Shown: positions 1 to 15,759 of the stretch, piece by piece
Numbering within the stretch: position 1 is the stretch's first letter
Layout: each line of letters opens with the position of its first letter
Assembly: GCF_988243305.1 (NCBI RefSeq)
Contig: NZ_OZ547136.1
Length of the DNA: 64,000 nt
Strand: one strand, 5' to 3'
Notes under the pieces: model-generated
The model's database searches: none
Told to the model about the DNA's origin: nothing
Seen by the model: only the letters and a program-made list of their open reading frames with translations
Made by a program: the position numbers and the translations under genes

Positions 1-682
1 CAACCATCAGTTCGCGGCGGGATGCATTGGCTCGATCGGCAGAAAGCTCCCAGTTGCTATATCCTTTCTCACCACTGGCGTAAGGGAAATCATCGGTATG
101 ACCCGAAAGGCTAATACGGTTGGGAATACCATTCAGAACGGGCGCGATGGCGCGCAGAATGTCGCGCATATAGGGTTCGACGTCGGCACTGCCGGTTCTG
201 AACATCGGGCGATTCTGGCTATCGATGATCTGAATACGTAGACCTTCCTGGACCAGATCGATTTTGAGATGTGGACGTAACGCCCGCAGTTTCGGATCGG
301 ATTCAATCAACTGGTCGAGATCGCCACGCAATTTCCGCAATCGACTTTGCTCCATGCGTTTTTTCAGCTCTTCGATGTTCGGCTGCTTATTCACTTCCCC
401 CTGGCTTTGGGTGTAATCATCACCCCCACCGGGAATTGGGCTTTCACTATTAGAAATGCGATCGCCGCCCGTAACCGCAGTCGCCAGTGGAGTCCGGAAG
501 TACTCCGCAATCTGAATCAGCTCTTTTGGGCTGGAGATGGAGATTAGCCACATCACCAGAAAAAAGGCCATCATCGCGGTCATAAAGTCGGCATAAGCAA
601 TCTTCCACGATCCATGTGCTGCCCCGTGGCTTTTGGCTTTGCGTCGTTTGACGACAATAATCGGATGCGCTTGATTCTTCAT
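1..682 (-). CDS. motB: flagellar stator protein MotB (5' portion; 3' end beyond window start)
   Basis: Minus frame open to position 1; N-terminus [16 protein letters not shown] read from revcomp of ~635-682; start overlaps motA stop (ATGA). Confidence 0.85.
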   Translation of the reverse strand, partial: MKNQAHPIIVVKRRKAKSHGAAHGSWKIAYADFMTAMMAFFLVMWLISISSPKELIQIAEYFRTPLATAVTGGDRISNSESPIPGGGDDYTQSQGEVNKQPNIEELKKRMEQSRLRKLRGDLDQLIESDPKLRALRPHLKIDLVQEGLRIQIIDSQNRPMFRTGSADVEPYMRDILRAIAPVLNGIPNRISLSGHTDDFPYASGEKGYSNWELSADRANASRRELMV

Positions 683-1566
683 GCTTCCTCGGTTGTCGTC
701 TGTTGTTGCGGATTTTTCACCGCACGCACATGCTCTTCCAGTTCAATAAACGACGGACGTTCGCTGGAATAGAGCGTTTTGCGACCAAACTCAACGGCGA
801 TAGGCGGTGCGTAACCGTTCAGATTAGAAAGCAGTGTGACTTTGACGCATTGCATCATTTTGCTGGTTTCGGCGCTTTTCTGACGTAAAACACTCGCTAA
901 TGGGGAAATAAATCCGTAAGCCAATAAAATACCGAGGAAAGTCCCCACCATCGCATGTGCGATAAGCGCCCCCAGCTCGGCGGCAGGACGATCGGCTGAA
1001 CCTAACGCGTGAACGACCCCCATCACAGCCGCGACAATACCAAACGCCGGAAGTGAGTCCCCGACCAATGCCAGACTGTTCGCCGGGACTTCTGCTTCGC
1101 TTTCGTGCGTCTCAATCTCTTCATCCATCAGGGCTTCAATTTCGAAGGTATTCATGTGACCGCTGATAATCAGGCGCAGATAATCGACGATAAAATCAAG
1201 CATGACGCTATCCGCAAGGATGCGTGGGTAGCTGGCGAAGATCTCGCTCTCACGGGGATTTTCAATATCGCGTTCCAACGAAAACATCCCCATCTGCCGC
1301 GATTTCGCCATCAACCGATAAAGCAGAGCCAGCAGATCCATATACATTGCTTTGGTATATTTGGAGCGACGAAATAGCAACGGCAGCGCCTTCAGCGTGC
1401 CTTTAATCGCTTTGCCATTATTGCCGACGATAAACGACCCAATCCCTGCACCGGCAATAATCACCAGTTCAGCGGGTTGATAGAGTGCTCCAAGGCTTCC
1501 ACCGGTCATCAGATAACCGCCGAAAACTGTACCGAGAACAACCAGGTAACCTAATAAGATAAGCAC
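679..1566 (-). CDS. motA: flagellar stator protein MotA
   Basis: 295-aa ORF recognised as MotA ([20 protein letters not shown]...), 4-nt overlap with motB start. Confidence 0.95.
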   Translation of the reverse strand: MLILLGYLVVLGTVFGGYLMTGGSLGALYQPAELVIIAGAGIGSFIVGNNGKAIKGTLKALPLLFRRSKYTKAMYMDLLALLYRLMAKSRQMGMFSLERDIENPRESEIFASYPRILADSVMLDFIVDYLRLIISGHMNTFEIEALMDEEIETHESEAEVPANSLALVGDSLPAFGIVAAVMGVVHALGSADRPAAELGALIAHAMVGTFLGILLAYGFISPLASVLRQKSAETSKMMQCVKVTLLSNLNGYAPPIAVEFGRKTLYSSERPSFIELEEHVRAVKNPQQQTTTEEA

Positions 1567-1692
1567 GACATCATCCTTCCACTGTTGACCATGACAGGAT
1601 GTTCAGTCGTCAGACGTTAACGCGCGATTGGGGGAAAAAAAAGCAGCGGTACGTCGTTACCGCTGCTGGAATGTTTCGCCACACCGTATCAG

Positions 1693-2271
1693 TTAAACAG
1701 CCTGTACTCTCTGTTCATCCAGCAGTTGTGGGATAATATCGGCAGGATTCTGGGAAAGTTTACGTCTTTTTACTGCCCGGGATGGCGGCTGACATAAGCT
1801 GCAGGCAAAGCTGCCAACAGGCTGGTGAGCGTGGGTAATAAAATTGCCGCCGCAGCAGTTGCAGCTGGAAAGTTGCAGTAATCCACTTTCAACAAACCGT
1901 ACCAATGTCCAGGCACGGGTTAATGCCAGTAGCGGTCCTTCTTCTGCTTGCGGGCACTGTTCAAGGTATAAACGGTAGGCTTTGATTACCGCATCGACGC
2001 CATTACACAAGCCGGTTTTCAGTAAAAACTGCCATGCGTTACAGAACATCGAAGCATGAACGTTTTGTTCCCAGGTCATAAACCAGTCGGTTGAGAATGG
2101 CAGCATGCCTTTCGGCGGTGGGCTTCCGCGCAGTTCTTTATAGAGTTTTATCAGGCGTCCGCGACTTAACTGTGTTTCGCTTTCCAGCATCTGCAAACGA
2201 GCGCCCAGGGTGATCAATTCCATTGCCAGCTGAATATCCCGCGCTTCCTGAACAATGCTTTTTTCACTCAT
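1693..2271 (-). CDS. flhC: flagellar master regulator FlhC
   Basis: ORF contains [27 protein letters not shown]...; start taken at MSEK. Confidence 0.95.
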
Positions 2272-2273
2272 GA

Positions 2274-2624
2274 TCACGCCCTTTTCTTGCGCAGCGCTTC
2301 TTCAGGCTGATTAACATCATTCAGCAAGCGTGTTGAGAGCATGATGCCGGTATGAATTTGCTGGAGATCGTCAACGCGGGAATCTTGCGTCAACTGAGTA
2401 ATCGTCTGGTGGCTGTCAAAACGGAAGTGACAAACCAGTTGATTGGTTTCTGCCAGCTTAACCATTTGCGGAAGAGTCAGTGCCGCTAACGTTGTCGCCA
2501 TTTCTTCATTTATGCCGAGACGAAACATTGCGGACGCTTTGTCCTGAACAATCAGACGCTGTGCAAGTAGTAAATATGACAAGTTGATGTCATAAATGTG
2601 TTTCAGCAACTCGGAGGTATGCAT
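2274..2624 (-). CDS. flhD: flagellar master regulator FlhD
   Basis: [29 protein letters not shown]...; alternative upstream start at 2633. Confidence 0.9.
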
Positions 2625-2633
2625 TATTCCCAC

Positions 2634-3404
2634 CCAGAATAACCAACTTTATTTTTATGCGGTCTCACCGCACCCCGTGATGTCGCCGGGAAGCCCCGGT
2701 AAAAAATAATTAGCATTAGAATAGTTGCGATAAGCTGCAATAGGCAGAGCCCCTTTTTTGGATTTAATAAGTCCTTACAAATAGAAGGGGTTCTTTACAC
2801 TTATCTAAGATTTTTCCTAAATCGACGCAACTTTACTCGTCACTACACTCACATACAACGGAGGGGGGCTGCGATTTTCAATAATGTGTGATGCAGATCA
2901 CACAAAACGCTCAATTACTTAACATAAATGTATAAGTCATACTTTTGTTTTGGGTGTATTTCAATCTGTTAAAAAGTTTTTCGCTACGATAGCAAGTAAA
3001 AATGAAACAGGAATAATCGAAATGGGATGTTGCGCACAGTTAAAATAACTCACCGTAAATAATCATCTGCTATAAATAATTGCTTTAATGCAATACCCGA
3101 TAAGCTATTTTTAAACAGACACTTACCGCACAACAAACTAATTAAATACAAAGAAAGGCAACAATCAACTTAATGTTAATAAAATGTTTTACATATATTA
3201 ACCACTTGTTTGATATGGAGAATCAGTACATTATTTTCTTATAATTACAGTTGAAATCATATGATCACCGAGAGTGATTGATTAATTGTATTTACTAATA
3301 ATCACACTAATATTTACCTGTTTGACTGAGTTGGGATTGCGTCGATTCTCCATTAGGAGTAAAGCTTTAATGTCACCTGAAGTTCACAGAATAAGGAACA
3401 GGTT
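2634..3404 (-). promoter_or_regulatory. flhDC upstream control region (long AT-rich leader/promoter)
   Basis: ~770 bp AT-rich non-coding DNA between flhD start and divergent uspC; position matches the known flhDC regulatory region; individual sites not resolved. Confidence 0.5.
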
Positions 3405-3833
3405 ATGAGCTATAGCAATATTCTTGTCGCCGTTGCGGTTACACCGGAAAGTCAGCAACTGCTAGCAAAAGCGGTATCTATCGCCAGGCCAGTAAAGGGA
3501 CACATCAGTTTAATTACTCTCGCTTCCGACCCGGAAATGTACAATCAATTAGCCGCGCCGATGCTTGAAGATTTACGCAGCGTGATGCAGGAAGAAACGC
3601 AAAGCTTTCTTGATAAGTTAATTCAGGATGCGGGGTATCCCGTTGACGAGACGTTTATTGCCTACGGTGAGTTAAGCGAACATATTCTGGAGGTTTGTCG
3701 CAAACATCATTTCGATTTGGTGATTTGCGGTAATCACAATCACAGTTTCTTTTCGCGAGCATCCTGCTCGGCGAAAAGAGTGATTGCCTCAAGTGAGGTC
3801 GATGTGCTGTTAGTTCCACTTACGGGAGATTAA
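3405..3833 (+). CDS. uspC: universal stress protein C
   Basis: 142-aa ORF MSYSNILVAVAVTPESQQLLAKAV... Confidence 0.9.
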   Translation: MSYSNILVAVAVTPESQQLLAKAVSIARPVKGHISLITLASDPEMYNQLAAPMLEDLRSVMQEETQSFLDKLIQDAGYPVDETFIAYGELSEHILEVCRKHHFDLVICGNHNHSFFSRASCSAKRVIASSEVDVLLVPLTGD

Positions 3834-3839
3834 CCGCAC

Positions 3840-7195
<3,356 letters not shown>

Positions 7196-7206
7196 ACTCT
7201 CCTTAC

Positions 7207-8721
7207 TCAGGCAACTGCCTGGCTGACTTTAGGCATCGCAAGGCTTAATGCCTGACGCTCATCTGCCTGCTCGTGTAACAATTCACCGGCGATTTCGCCT
7301 TCGCGCATCACCACAATCCGGTCGGCAACGCCGAGGACTTCAGGTAAGTCGCTGGAGGCAAACAGCACCGCCACGCCCTGCGCTGCCAGCGCATAAATCA
7401 CGTTGTAAATTTCATGCTTAGCACCAACATCAATGCCGCGCGTAGGTTCATCCAGCAAAATGACCTTCATCTCTTCCGATAACCAGCGGCCCAGAATGGC
7501 TTTTTGCTGATTTCCGCCTGAAAGATTCATGATCAGTTGCTCTGCGCCCGGCGTTTTGATGTTGAGCGAACGAATGTGGTGATCGGCATTGTTTTCTTCC
7601 CAACCGTTGTTGATTACACAACCGCCGAGCACATGTTTGCGTCTGGCACTGATGTTGATATTGTCGCGAACGGAGTGCACAGGAATAATGCCTTCCGCTT
7701 TGCGATCTTCCGGGCAGAGCATCATGCCTGCGGCAATAGCGTGGCTCGGTTTACGAATATCAATCGGCCGTTGGTCGATATAAACCTGACCGGCGGTGAT
7801 TTGCGTACCGCCAAACATGCCTTTCATTAATTCGCTACGCCCTGCCCCGACCAGACCAAACAGACCGACAATTTCTCCACTGCGAACCGCCAGACTTATT
7901 GGCGTTCGCACGCCTGGTGCTTTCACAGCATCAAGACGCAGCCGCTCCTCGCCATAACTACGCGGTTGCCAGCCGTAGATATCGCCGATGTCGCGCCCGA
8001 CCATCGCCTGCACCAGCGCGTCATGATCAACCTGCTGCATATCGGTAAAGGTTTTGACATAACGCCCATCTTTAAAGACGGTGATGGCATCACTGAGGGC
8101 AAATATTTCTTCCATACGGTGAGAAACATATAAGATCACGCGCCCTTCTTTACGCAGTTCACGAATAACGCGGAAAAGATTGTCGATTTCACGGGCAGAA
8201 AGGGAACTGGTTGGCTCATCAAAGGCGATGATTTTGGCGTTACGCGCCAGCGCTTTGGCAATCTCAACCATCTGCCACTGACCAATAGAGAGATATTTCA
8301 GCGGCGTATCCGGGTCAATATCCATACCAAGATGTTTAAGTTGTAAACCCGCTTCATAATTCAGCAGTGAGCGATTCACTATGCCGCCTTTATGAGGAAG
8401 CTGGCCGAGATAGATGTTTTCCGCGACGGTCATTTCCGGCACGAGATGCAGTTCCTGATAAATAATCGCCACACCCGCGTTAAGTGCCGCGGTCGTGTCG
8501 GAAAAGGACATTTCTTGTCCATTAATCACTACAGAACCCGTGGTTGGCGCATAGTTGCCGCTGAGGATTTTTAAGAGAGTTGATTTTCCTGCGCCATTTT
8601 CACCCATCAACGCATGAACCTGACCGGCATAGCAGTCAAAACTAATATCCGTCAGCGCCTTAACGCCGGGAAACGTTTTACCGATGCCGCGAAATGAGAG
8701 ATACGGGGTAGACTGTTGCAT
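7207..8721 (-). CDS. araG: L-arabinose ABC transporter ATP-binding protein
   Basis: Duplicated ABC ATPase with Walker [10 protein letters not shown]; start taken at [15 protein letters not shown]. Confidence 0.9.
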   Translation of the reverse strand: MQQSTPYLSFRGIGKTFPGVKALTDISFDCYAGQVHALMGENGAGKSTLLKILSGNYAPTTGSVVINGQEMSFSDTTAALNAGVAIIYQELHLVPEMTVAENIYLGQLPHKGGIVNRSLLNYEAGLQLKHLGMDIDPDTPLKYLSIGQWQMVEIAKALARNAKIIAFDEPTSSLSAREIDNLFRVIRELRKEGRVILYVSHRMEEIFALSDAITVFKDGRYVKTFTDMQQVDHDALVQAMVGRDIGDIYGWQPRSYGEERLRLDAVKAPGVRTPISLAVRSGEIVGLFGLVGAGRSELMKGMFGGTQITAGQVYIDQRPIDIRKPSHAIAAGMMLCPEDRKAEGIIPVHSVRDNINISARRKHVLGGCVINNGWEENNADHHIRSLNIKTPGAEQLIMNLSGGNQQKAILGRWLSEEMKVILLDEPTRGIDVGAKHEIYNVIYALAAQGVAVLFASSDLPEVLGVADRIVVMREGEIAGELLHEQADERQALSLAMPKVSQAVA

Positions 8722-8790
8722 AACGTCTCCGTGAATCACTGGTCGTTCACACCCCCTCTGCATCATGCAGAGGGGAATTTTTCCGGCAAA

Positions 8791-9780
8791 TTACTTACCG
8801 CCTAAACCTTTTTTCTCCAGTTCTTCTTTAAAGTTGTCACGCGTGATCAGTACCACGTCGGTAACTTCGGTAAATTTTGGCGGTTCAACGTCTTTTGCTA
8901 CCCAGTTGTAAAGCATTTCACTGGATTTATAGCCATGTACGTCCGGGCTTGGCAGCAGGGAACCGTAGAAGCCGGTTGCCTGTGCTTTAGACAGTTCGCT
9001 TACTGCATCCACACCGTTAATACCAATACCGATGATATCGGCTGCTTTAAAGCCCTGACCTTCGGTTGCACGTACGCCGCCAAGTACGGTGCTGTCGTTC
9101 ATACCGACGATCAGCCAATGTTTAACTTCCGGATGTTGAACCAGCATTGAGTTGGCAGCGTCAAATGCCCCCGGGATGTCGTTAGATTTGGTAGGTACCT
9201 GATAAATTTGTTTTTCCGGGAATCCGGCCGCTTTCAGCGCATCCATAGATCCCGTAGTACGGCGACGTGCCGTATCCAGTTCGTTGGCGGTAATCGCCAT
9301 CACCGCGCTTTCTTTGACATCCCAGCCACGTTTCTGCATCTCTTTATACAGTTCCTGGCCCTGACGTTCGCCAATTTTAGTCGCCGCCATCATCACCAGA
9401 GGAACGGTATCCATTGGCTTACCTTTGGCGTTAACAAACTGGTCATCCACGGCAATCACTTTCATATCGTAACCACGCGCTTTCGCCACAATGGCAGAGC
9501 CGAGCTTCGGGTCCGGAGTACAAATAACGAAACCTTTTGCGCCACTGGCTGCCAGGCTATCGATCGCGTTCAATGTTTTTTCGCCATCCGGCACGGCAAT
9601 CTTAATAACCTCAAACCCTAAATCCTTCCCGGCTTTATCGGCAAACTTCCATTCGGTCTGGAACCACGGCTCTTCCGGTTGCTTCACCAGGAAACCGAGC
9701 TTCAAGTTCTCCGCCATAGCGGATTGTGACATAACGGCTGCCAGACCAATGGCTGCCAGGGCTTTAGTAAATTTGTGCAT
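8791..9780 (-). CDS. araF: L-arabinose-binding periplasmic protein
   Basis: 329-aa ORF with signal peptide MHKFTKALAAIGLAAVMSQSAMA followed by ENLKLGFLVKQPEEPWFQTEW. Confidence 0.95.
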   Translation of the reverse strand: MHKFTKALAAIGLAAVMSQSAMAENLKLGFLVKQPEEPWFQTEWKFADKAGKDLGFEVIKIAVPDGEKTLNAIDSLAASGAKGFVICTPDPKLGSAIVAKARGYDMKVIAVDDQFVNAKGKPMDTVPLVMMAATKIGERQGQELYKEMQKRGWDVKESAVMAITANELDTARRRTTGSMDALKAAGFPEKQIYQVPTKSNDIPGAFDAANSMLVQHPEVKHWLIVGMNDSTVLGGVRATEGQGFKAADIIGIGINGVDAVSELSKAQATGFYGSLLPSPDVHGYKSSEMLYNWVAKDVEPPKFTEVTDVVLITRDNFKEELEKKGLGGK

Positions 9781-10576
9781 GGTTCTCTCCAGCTTTAGTG
9801 TCGTTTTGTGTAGGGCAAAAACGAATAACTCTCGTTAATTTAATCGGAAAACAAAGCATTACCTTTTAACTAAAAGATAAGTGACTGTGTTGACATAGTT
9901 TTAGCGAGAAATTAATTCTCCATAGGAGAGCAATATCACATCGCAGAATTACAGTGAGAACGTGCATAAATTTAGCGGGAAAAGACATAGAGAAAGACTC
10001 ATTTGTCAGACAAATCATCGAGTACACAGCAGATTAATCCATAAGATTAGCCTGGAAGTCCTTGTTGTGTTTTGTACCCATACGGAACGTCTTCTTTTTA
10101 ACCAGTCAATTGGCCACATTACCTGGCGTTGAGCTTTTGAAATGGTGTAATAACAGCAACTCAAAGATGTGGAAAATGAGCGTCATTCATTTCGCCATTA
10201 ATTATCACCGTGCTCATTAATTAACAGAACACGTATACTGAGAGCCATATCGCAAATATGAAAAAACGTTTTAAAAAATCATTGCTTCATCATGAATTCA
10301 AATCCCCCTATTAATATCAACAAGATACAAAAAGCATCATCATTAAAATTCATTGCAGTTACATTGATTTCATCAATGAAATGTAAAAATATATAAACTT
10401 GATGATTTAAGCATTTTCTTATACCCGTTCAGACGTTATTCTTATTTCAGATCATCGTCAGAATTGACTCCACGATCACATTTCGGACCGGCAGAAAGGA
10501 ATTATTCTGCAAACAGTAATTATGGTGTTTTGATTTATCTTGCACCTCTCCACTTCTGGATATAAGGATATTAGGT

Positions 10577-11080
10577 ATGGCAACCGCTGGAATGCTTCTC
10601 AAACTCAACTCTCAAATGAACCGCGAGTTTTACGCATCCAATCTCTACCTTCACCTGAGTAACTGGTGTTCTGAACAGAGTCTGAACGGCACCGCCACTT
10701 TCCTTCGCGCCCAGGCACAGAGTAATGTGACCCAAATGATGCGCATGTTTAACTTTATGAAGAGTGTCGGCGCTACCCCCATCGTTAAAGCCATTGATGT
10801 TCCCGGTGAAAAACTGAACTCTCTGGAAGAACTGTTCCAAAAAACGATGGAAGAATACGAGCAACGTTCAAGCACGCTGGCGCAGTTAGCCGATGAAGCT
10901 AAAGAACTGAATGATGATTCAACCGTCAATTTCCTGCGCGATCTGGAAAAAGAACAGCAGCATGATGGCCTGTTGCTGCAAACCATTCTTGATGAAGTGC
11001 GCAGTGCGAAACTTGCTGGTATGTGCCCTGTGCAGACCGACCAACATGTTCTGAATGTCGTGTCGCATCAGCTGCATTGA
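10577..11080 (+). CDS. ftnB: ferritin-like protein FtnB
   Basis: 167-aa ferritin-family [34 protein letters not shown]. Confidence 0.9.
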   Translation: MATAGMLLKLNSQMNREFYASNLYLHLSNWCSEQSLNGTATFLRAQAQSNVTQMMRMFNFMKSVGATPIVKAIDVPGEKLNSLEELFQKTMEEYEQRSSTLAQLADEAKELNDDSTVNFLRDLEKEQQHDGLLLQTILDEVRSAKLAGMCPVQTDQHVLNVVSHQLH

Positions 11081-11084
11081 TCAT

Positions 11085-11120
11085 CATCGGCGCTAATGCA
11101 ATTGCGCCGATGAAGTTTTT
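11085..11120 (+). terminator. rho-independent terminator after ftnB
   Basis: Hairpin CATCGGCGC-loop-GCGCCGATG followed by AAGTTTTT, 5 nt after ftnB stop; a second hairpin plus T7 run follows at ~11125-11161. Confidence 0.55.
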
Positions 11121-11159
11121 GAGAAACCGCTGCCTCATCTTTTTGAAGCAGCGGTTTTT

Positions 11160-11411
11160 TTAATGGGATTCGCCCTGTGGGGTAAACTTGAGTTCAATCA
11201 GCGCGATGGCTTTTTGGATTGCCCGCATGGTGACCGGGTCTGCGGCGGCGGGATGGTTAGTAAAGTCGATATTCTTCAGCTGGCTGGACATTTTTTCACG
11301 AACTTCAACGGGCGCGATTACATCGAGAACATCCAGAATTTGTTTGATAACCAACTGGCAAGCAACCACATCAGAAACCAGTTCCTGATCGGCATTCAGC
11401 GGCTGGGACAT
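11160..11411 (-). CDS. yecJ: DUF2766 protein YecJ
   Basis: 83-aa [30 protein letters not shown]. Confidence 0.85.
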
Positions 11412-11496
11412 CGTAAACTCCTGATAGCATTTTGAAAGCCGTTATAGTAGCGGCTTCACATCTTCAGCGATAGTCACATCCACCGTCATCAGGACA

Positions 11497-11525
11497 CAAA
11501 AAAACCTGCCGGAGCAGGTTTTTTG
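11497..11525 (-). terminator. bidirectional rho-independent terminator downstream of azuC
   Basis: AAAAAAA-CCTGC-CGGA-GCAGG-TTTTTT: GC stem flanked by A-run and T-run, directly 3' of azuC stop. Confidence 0.55.
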
Positions 11526-11612
11526 TTATCGGAACATATTGCCTGGCGGTACGTCTTTGAACGTCTTGCAATAGTTATTGAACATACTTTTCAGGATCTT
11601 GCGCAGTTTCAT
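11526..11612 (-). CDS. azuC: small protein AzuC (28 aa)
   Basis: Revcomp reads ATGAAACTGCGCAAGATCCTGAAAAGTATGTTCAATAACTATTGCAAGACGTTCAAAGACGTACCGCCAGGCAATATGTTCCGATAA = MKLRKILKSMFNNYCKTFKDVPPGNMFR; below ORF-track size cutoff. Confidence 0.8.
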   Translation of the reverse strand: MKLRKILKSMFNNYCKTFKDVPPGNMFR

Positions 11613-11874
11613 CGCGGCACTCCGACTATTTGTTATGCAGGTGTTATTATCTTTGCGCTTATAATATGACAACCATCACAAAAATCAATCTTTATGTGAT
11701 GTAAATCACACAAATACCTCTTTAATGTTATAAAAATGATAATCAAAAAGCAGCCCCCCCCTTTCTGACACCTACAGATGGCAAGAAATAGCGCCTGCCA
11801 GGCGTCTTTTCCGGCCATTGTCGCAGCGCTGTAACGCGTAAAATAGTGCTTTCTTTTACTCTTCTGGCTGGACC

Positions 11875-12198
11875 ATGAGACTTCTGATTCTGACTCTTTC
11901 ATTAATAACGCTGGCGGGGTGCACAGTTACTCGCCAGGCTCATGTGGGCGAAGTTGACGCGGCAACAGGTATTGTTCGGTTGGTTTATGATCAGGCTTTT
12001 TTGCAGCATGCCCATACCGATCGTTATGTCAGTCGCGGGATCGCCGATCGCGCATGCCAGCAGGAAGGCTATACCCACGCGATCCCCTTTGGTCAGCCAG
12101 TAGGCAACTGTAGCCTCTTTGCGGGTTCCTTATGTTTGAATACGGAATTCACTTTGTCATATCAGTGCCATCATTCCGCCGTCCCTGTCTTTCTCTAA
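11875..12198 (+). CDS. yecR: lipoprotein YecR
   Basis: 107-aa ORF with lipobox LITLAGC. Confidence 0.85.
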   Translation: MRLLILTLSLITLAGCTVTRQAHVGEVDAATGIVRLVYDQAFLQHAHTDRYVSRGIADRACQQEGYTHAIPFGQPVGNCSLFAGSLCLNTEFTLSYQCHHSAVPVFL

Positions 12199-12369
12199 AT
12201 ATTTTAATCAGCGAGGGGGATCTTCGCTGATTAAATAAATAGCGGTAATGCGTTTTATTCCCATTCGTATTTTTAATAAATGAAGTTTATATTTTACCTT
12301 TTGCAAATAATTAAATAACAAATTATAGTGACGCCACAGCAACAAATATAACCTTTGTGGAGCACTATC

Positions 12370-12867
12370 ATGCTGAAACCAGAAATGATTGAAAAACTTA
12401 ATGAGCAGATGAACCTGGAACTGTACTCTTCACTGCTTTATCAGCAAATGAGCGCCTGGTGCAGCTATCATACCTTCGAAGGTGCTGCCGCGTTCCTGCG
12501 CCGTCACGCCCAGGAAGAGATGATGCATATGCAGCGTCTGTTTGATTATCTGACTGATACCGGCAATTTACCGCGTATTAATACCGTTGAATCTCCGTTT
12601 GCTGAATATTCCTCACTTGATGAATTATTCCAGGAAACCTATAAACACGAACAATTAATCACGCAGAAAATTAACGAACTGGCTCATGCTGCAATGACCA
12701 ATCAGGACTACCCAACATTTAATTTCCTGCAATGGTATGTTTCTGAGCAGCATGAAGAAGAGAAACTGTTCAAATCGATTATTGATAAATTAAGTCTGGC
12801 AGGCAAAAGCGGCGAAGGTTTGTATTTTATCGACAAAGAACTCTCCACCCTCGACACACAAAACTAA
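12370..12867 (+). CDS. ftnA: ferritin FtnA
   Basis: Start at [31 protein letters not shown] within the longer ORF; 165 aa. Confidence 0.95.
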   Translation: MLKPEMIEKLNEQMNLELYSSLLYQQMSAWCSYHTFEGAAAFLRRHAQEEMMHMQRLFDYLTDTGNLPRINTVESPFAEYSSLDELFQETYKHEQLITQKINELAHAAMTNQDYPTFNFLQWYVSEQHEEEKLFKSIIDKLSLAGKSGEGLYFIDKELSTLDTQN

Positions 12868-12904
12868 TGTTCTCCGGCGGCAGGTTTACTGCCGCCGTTT
12901 CAAA

Positions 12905-13144
12905 TCAGTGACGGCAAATCTTACTCTGATCGGTCGAAAAACCTTCTTCCGAAGGTATAAATTTGCCTTTTGCTGCCAGAAACGCTACCAGCTCTCCCGC
13001 TGTCATCCCTTCTGCCGAGCAAGTGTGAAAACGTGCCTGTTCACCAAAACGCGCTTTAATCGCAGCTTCCAGACTGGCATGCGTATATTGCTCACCTGAT
13101 TCAATCATCATATTTAACACTTCATGACCGTGAATAGAGTCCAT
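12905..13144 (-). CDS. yecH: DUF2492 protein YecH
   Basis: 79-aa ORF MDSIHGHEVLNMMIESGEQYTHASLEAAIKARFG. Confidence 0.85.
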   Translation of the reverse strand: MDSIHGHEVLNMMIESGEQYTHASLEAAIKARFGEQARFHTCSAEGMTAGELVAFLAAKGKFIPSEEGFSTDQSKICRH

Positions 13145-13225
13145 CGTTCCTCCTCAAAAAAAAGCTAGCGTAGCGATTGCCGCTTACCAAGACTTTGCGC
13201 CAGCGCAGGACTGAACGCATTTTAT

Positions 13226-13243
13226 TGTACATTTATATTTACA
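13226..13243 (+). promoter_or_regulatory. TyrR box upstream of tyrP
   Basis: TGTACATTTATATTTACA matches TyrR box pattern TGTAAA-N6-TTTACA, ~90 bp upstream of tyrP start. Confidence 0.55.
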
Positions 13244-13334
13244 CCATATGTAACGCCGGTTTGACGAAGCAGCCGTTATGCCTTAACCTGCGCCGCAGAT
13301 ATCACTCATAAAGATCGTCAGGACAGAAGAAAGC

Positions 13335-14546
13335 GTGAAAAACAGAACTCTGGGAAGTGTTTTTATCGTGGCGGGAACCACAATTGGCGCAGGCATGCTG
13401 GCAATGCCGCTGGCTGCGGCAGGTGTTGGTTTTAGCGTCACGTTAATCTTGTTGATTGGGCTTTGGGGGTTGATGTGCTACACGGCGCTATTACTACTGG
13501 AGGTGTACCAGCATGTCCCGGCAGATACCGGTCTGGGCACGCTGGCAAAACGCTATCTGGGACGCTACGGTCAGTGGCTGACGGGCTTCAGTATGATGTT
13601 CTTAATGTATGCTCTGACTGCGGCATACATCAGCGGTGCTGGTGAATTGTTGGCCTCCAGCATCAGCGACTGGACAGGTATTTCAATGTCGGCAACCGCT
13701 GGCGTGCTGTTGTTCACTTTTGTTGCCGGTGGCGTGGTTTGTGTCGGAACTTCGCTGGTCGATTTATTTAACCGTTTTCTGTTCAGCGCCAAAATTATTT
13801 TTCTGGTGGTGATGCTGGTACTGCTACTTCCGCATATTCATAAGGTGAATCTTTTAACCCTGCCGTTGCAACAGGGGCTGGCACTGTCTGCAATCCCGGT
13901 GATTTTTACGTCGTTTGGTTTTCACGGTAGCGTGCCGAGCATTGTCAGTTATATGGATGGCAATATTCGTAAGCTACGCTGGGTGTTTATAACCGGTAGT
14001 GCGATCCCTCTGGTGGCATATATTTTCTGGCAGCTGGCGACGCTTGGCAGCATTGATTCAACAACCTTTATGGGATTGCTGGCTAATCATGCCGGATTAA
14101 ACGGGCTGTTACAGGCGTTACGCGAAATGGTGGCCTCTCCGCATGTTGAGCTGGCGGTGCATTTATTTGCTGATTTAGCCCTCGCCACGTCATTTCTCGG
14201 CGTTGCGTTAGGTTTATTTGATTATCTGGCAGATTTGTTTCAGCGTTCAAATACCGTTGGTGGACGATTGCAAACTGGTGCAATTACCTTTCTGCCGCCG
14301 TTAGCGTTTGCACTGTTTTATCCACGAGGATTTGTGATGGCGCTGGGTTACGCCGGTGTGGCGCTGGCGATACTGGCATTGATTATCCCTTCGCTGTTGA
14401 CCTGGCAAAGCAGAAAGCACAATCCTCAGGCGGGTTACCGGGTGAAAGGTGGTCGTCCGGCGCTGGTGGTGGTGTTTCTCTGTGGTATTGCTGTGATTGG
14501 CGTGCAATTTTTGATTGCGGCAGGCTTGTTACCAGAAGTGGGATGA
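13335..14546 (+). CDS. tyrP: tyrosine-specific transporter
   Basis: 403-aa polytopic ORF (GTG start) [33 protein letters not shown]. Confidence 0.95.
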   Translation: MKNRTLGSVFIVAGTTIGAGMLAMPLAAAGVGFSVTLILLIGLWGLMCYTALLLLEVYQHVPADTGLGTLAKRYLGRYGQWLTGFSMMFLMYALTAAYISGAGELLASSISDWTGISMSATAGVLLFTFVAGGVVCVGTSLVDLFNRFLFSAKIIFLVVMLVLLLPHIHKVNLLTLPLQQGLALSAIPVIFTSFGFHGSVPSIVSYMDGNIRKLRWVFITGSAIPLVAYIFWQLATLGSIDSTTFMGLLANHAGLNGLLQALREMVASPHVELAVHLFADLALATSFLGVALGLFDYLADLFQRSNTVGGRLQTGAITFLPPLAFALFYPRGFVMALGYAGVALAILALIIPSLLTWQSRKHNPQAGYRVKGGRPALVVVFLCGIAVIGVQFLIAAGLLPEVG

Positions 14547-14595
14547 TTAGATCTTATTGGGTGCCAGAATTAACGCTGACACCCAATTTGACCTC

Positions 14596-15261
14596 TTAAT
14601 GCAGGCAGCACTGCTTAAATTTCTTACCACTGCCGCACGGACAAGGATCGTTACGACCCGGTTTCTCTTCTGCTTTGATCGGTTGCTGAACAGCTTTTTC
14701 CTGCGGATGCGCCATCCAGTATGCATGTAAATCAAGCGCCGCCAGTCGAATGGCATCTACGCTCTCTTCAAACGCTTCTGGCGACATCTTCTCTACCCGC
14801 TCGAAGTTTTCCTCAGTACCGTGCAGCGCAATCGCCTCCAGCGCCGGTTTTAACGAATCGGGCAACGTTGACCAGTCAGAAAGTGCCACGCCCCGCATAT
14901 AGCCAAAGCACCATTCCTCAACAATCGTCAGCTCGCTGCCATCGACTTCTCGCAAACCGAATAACGGCTCAAACTGCTCCGGGAATTCGTTCAGACGCTC
15001 TGCGGTATCGGCCATATGTTGAAAGGCCAGGTTCATAAAGCGCGTCATCTCTTTCTCTGATGCCCAGCGCGGCACATAGTCAGCCCCACCCCACACGGCA
15101 ACCAGCCACTGTGCCGGTTCAATCTCTTGCGGAGAACTCAACACCGCCGTCAATAAACCGTCCAGCTCCGCCACATCAAGAATGGCGTGGTCAGTGTTGT
15201 ATTTGGTCAGAATATCGTCCAGCCATTCCAACTCACTTTCGTTTAACGGTCCCGTTTTCAT
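14596..15261 (-). CDS. yecA: SEC-C motif protein YecA
   Basis: 221-aa ORF ending [20 protein letters not shown] (SEC-C zinc motif). Confidence 0.9.
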   Translation of the reverse strand: MKTGPLNESELEWLDDILTKYNTDHAILDVAELDGLLTAVLSSPQEIEPAQWLVAVWGGADYVPRWASEKEMTRFMNLAFQHMADTAERLNEFPEQFEPLFGLREVDGSELTIVEEWCFGYMRGVALSDWSTLPDSLKPALEAIALHGTEENFERVEKMSPEAFEESVDAIRLAALDLHAYWMAHPQEKAVQQPIKAEEKPGRNDPCPCGSGKKFKQCCLH

Positions 15262-15456
15262 ACGCTTTTCCTTGTGGATCTCAACTCGCCAGCACCTATC
15301 TTACATGTCGGTCCGTAACAGAGATACTTTTTGAGTGGCTTTGCCGGTGATTAAAAATTAAGGAGGGTGTAACGACAAGTTGCAGGCACAAAAAAACCAC
15401 CCGAAGGTGGTTTCACGACACTGCTTATTGCTTTGATTTTATTCTTATCTTTCCCA

Positions 15457-15543
15457 TGGTACCCGGAGCGGGACTTGAACCCGCACAGCGCGAACGCCGA
15501 GGGATTTTAAATCCCTTGTGTCTACCGATTCCACCATCCGGGC
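15457..15543 (-). tRNA. leuZ: tRNA-Leu (anticodon UAA)
   Basis: Revcomp reads GCCCGGATGGTGGAATCGGTAGACACAAGGGATTTAAAATCCCTCGGCGTTCGCGCTGTGCGGGTTCAAGTCCCGCTCCGGGTACCA. Confidence 0.9.
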
Positions 15544-15555
15544 TCGGGAAGAAAG

Positions 15556-15629
15556 TGGAGGCGCGTTCCGGAGTCGAACCGGACTAGACGGATTTGCAAT
15601 CCGCTACATAACCGCTTTGTTAACGCGCC
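15556..15629 (-). tRNA. cysT: tRNA-Cys (anticodon GCA)
   Basis: Revcomp reads GGCGCGTTAACAAAGCGGTTATGTAGCGGATTGCAAATCCGTCTAGTCCGGTTCGACTCCGGAACGCGCCTCCA. Confidence 0.9.
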
Positions 15630-15683
15630 AAATTCTTCAGGCCTTTCAGCCAGACATCCGCTTGACGCCGATGTCTTTTAAAC

Positions 15684-15759
<76 letters not shown>

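Noticed and set aside
10571-10986. Minus-strand ORFs overlapping ftnB
   Set aside because: Antisense to the clearly recognisable ferritin-like gene.
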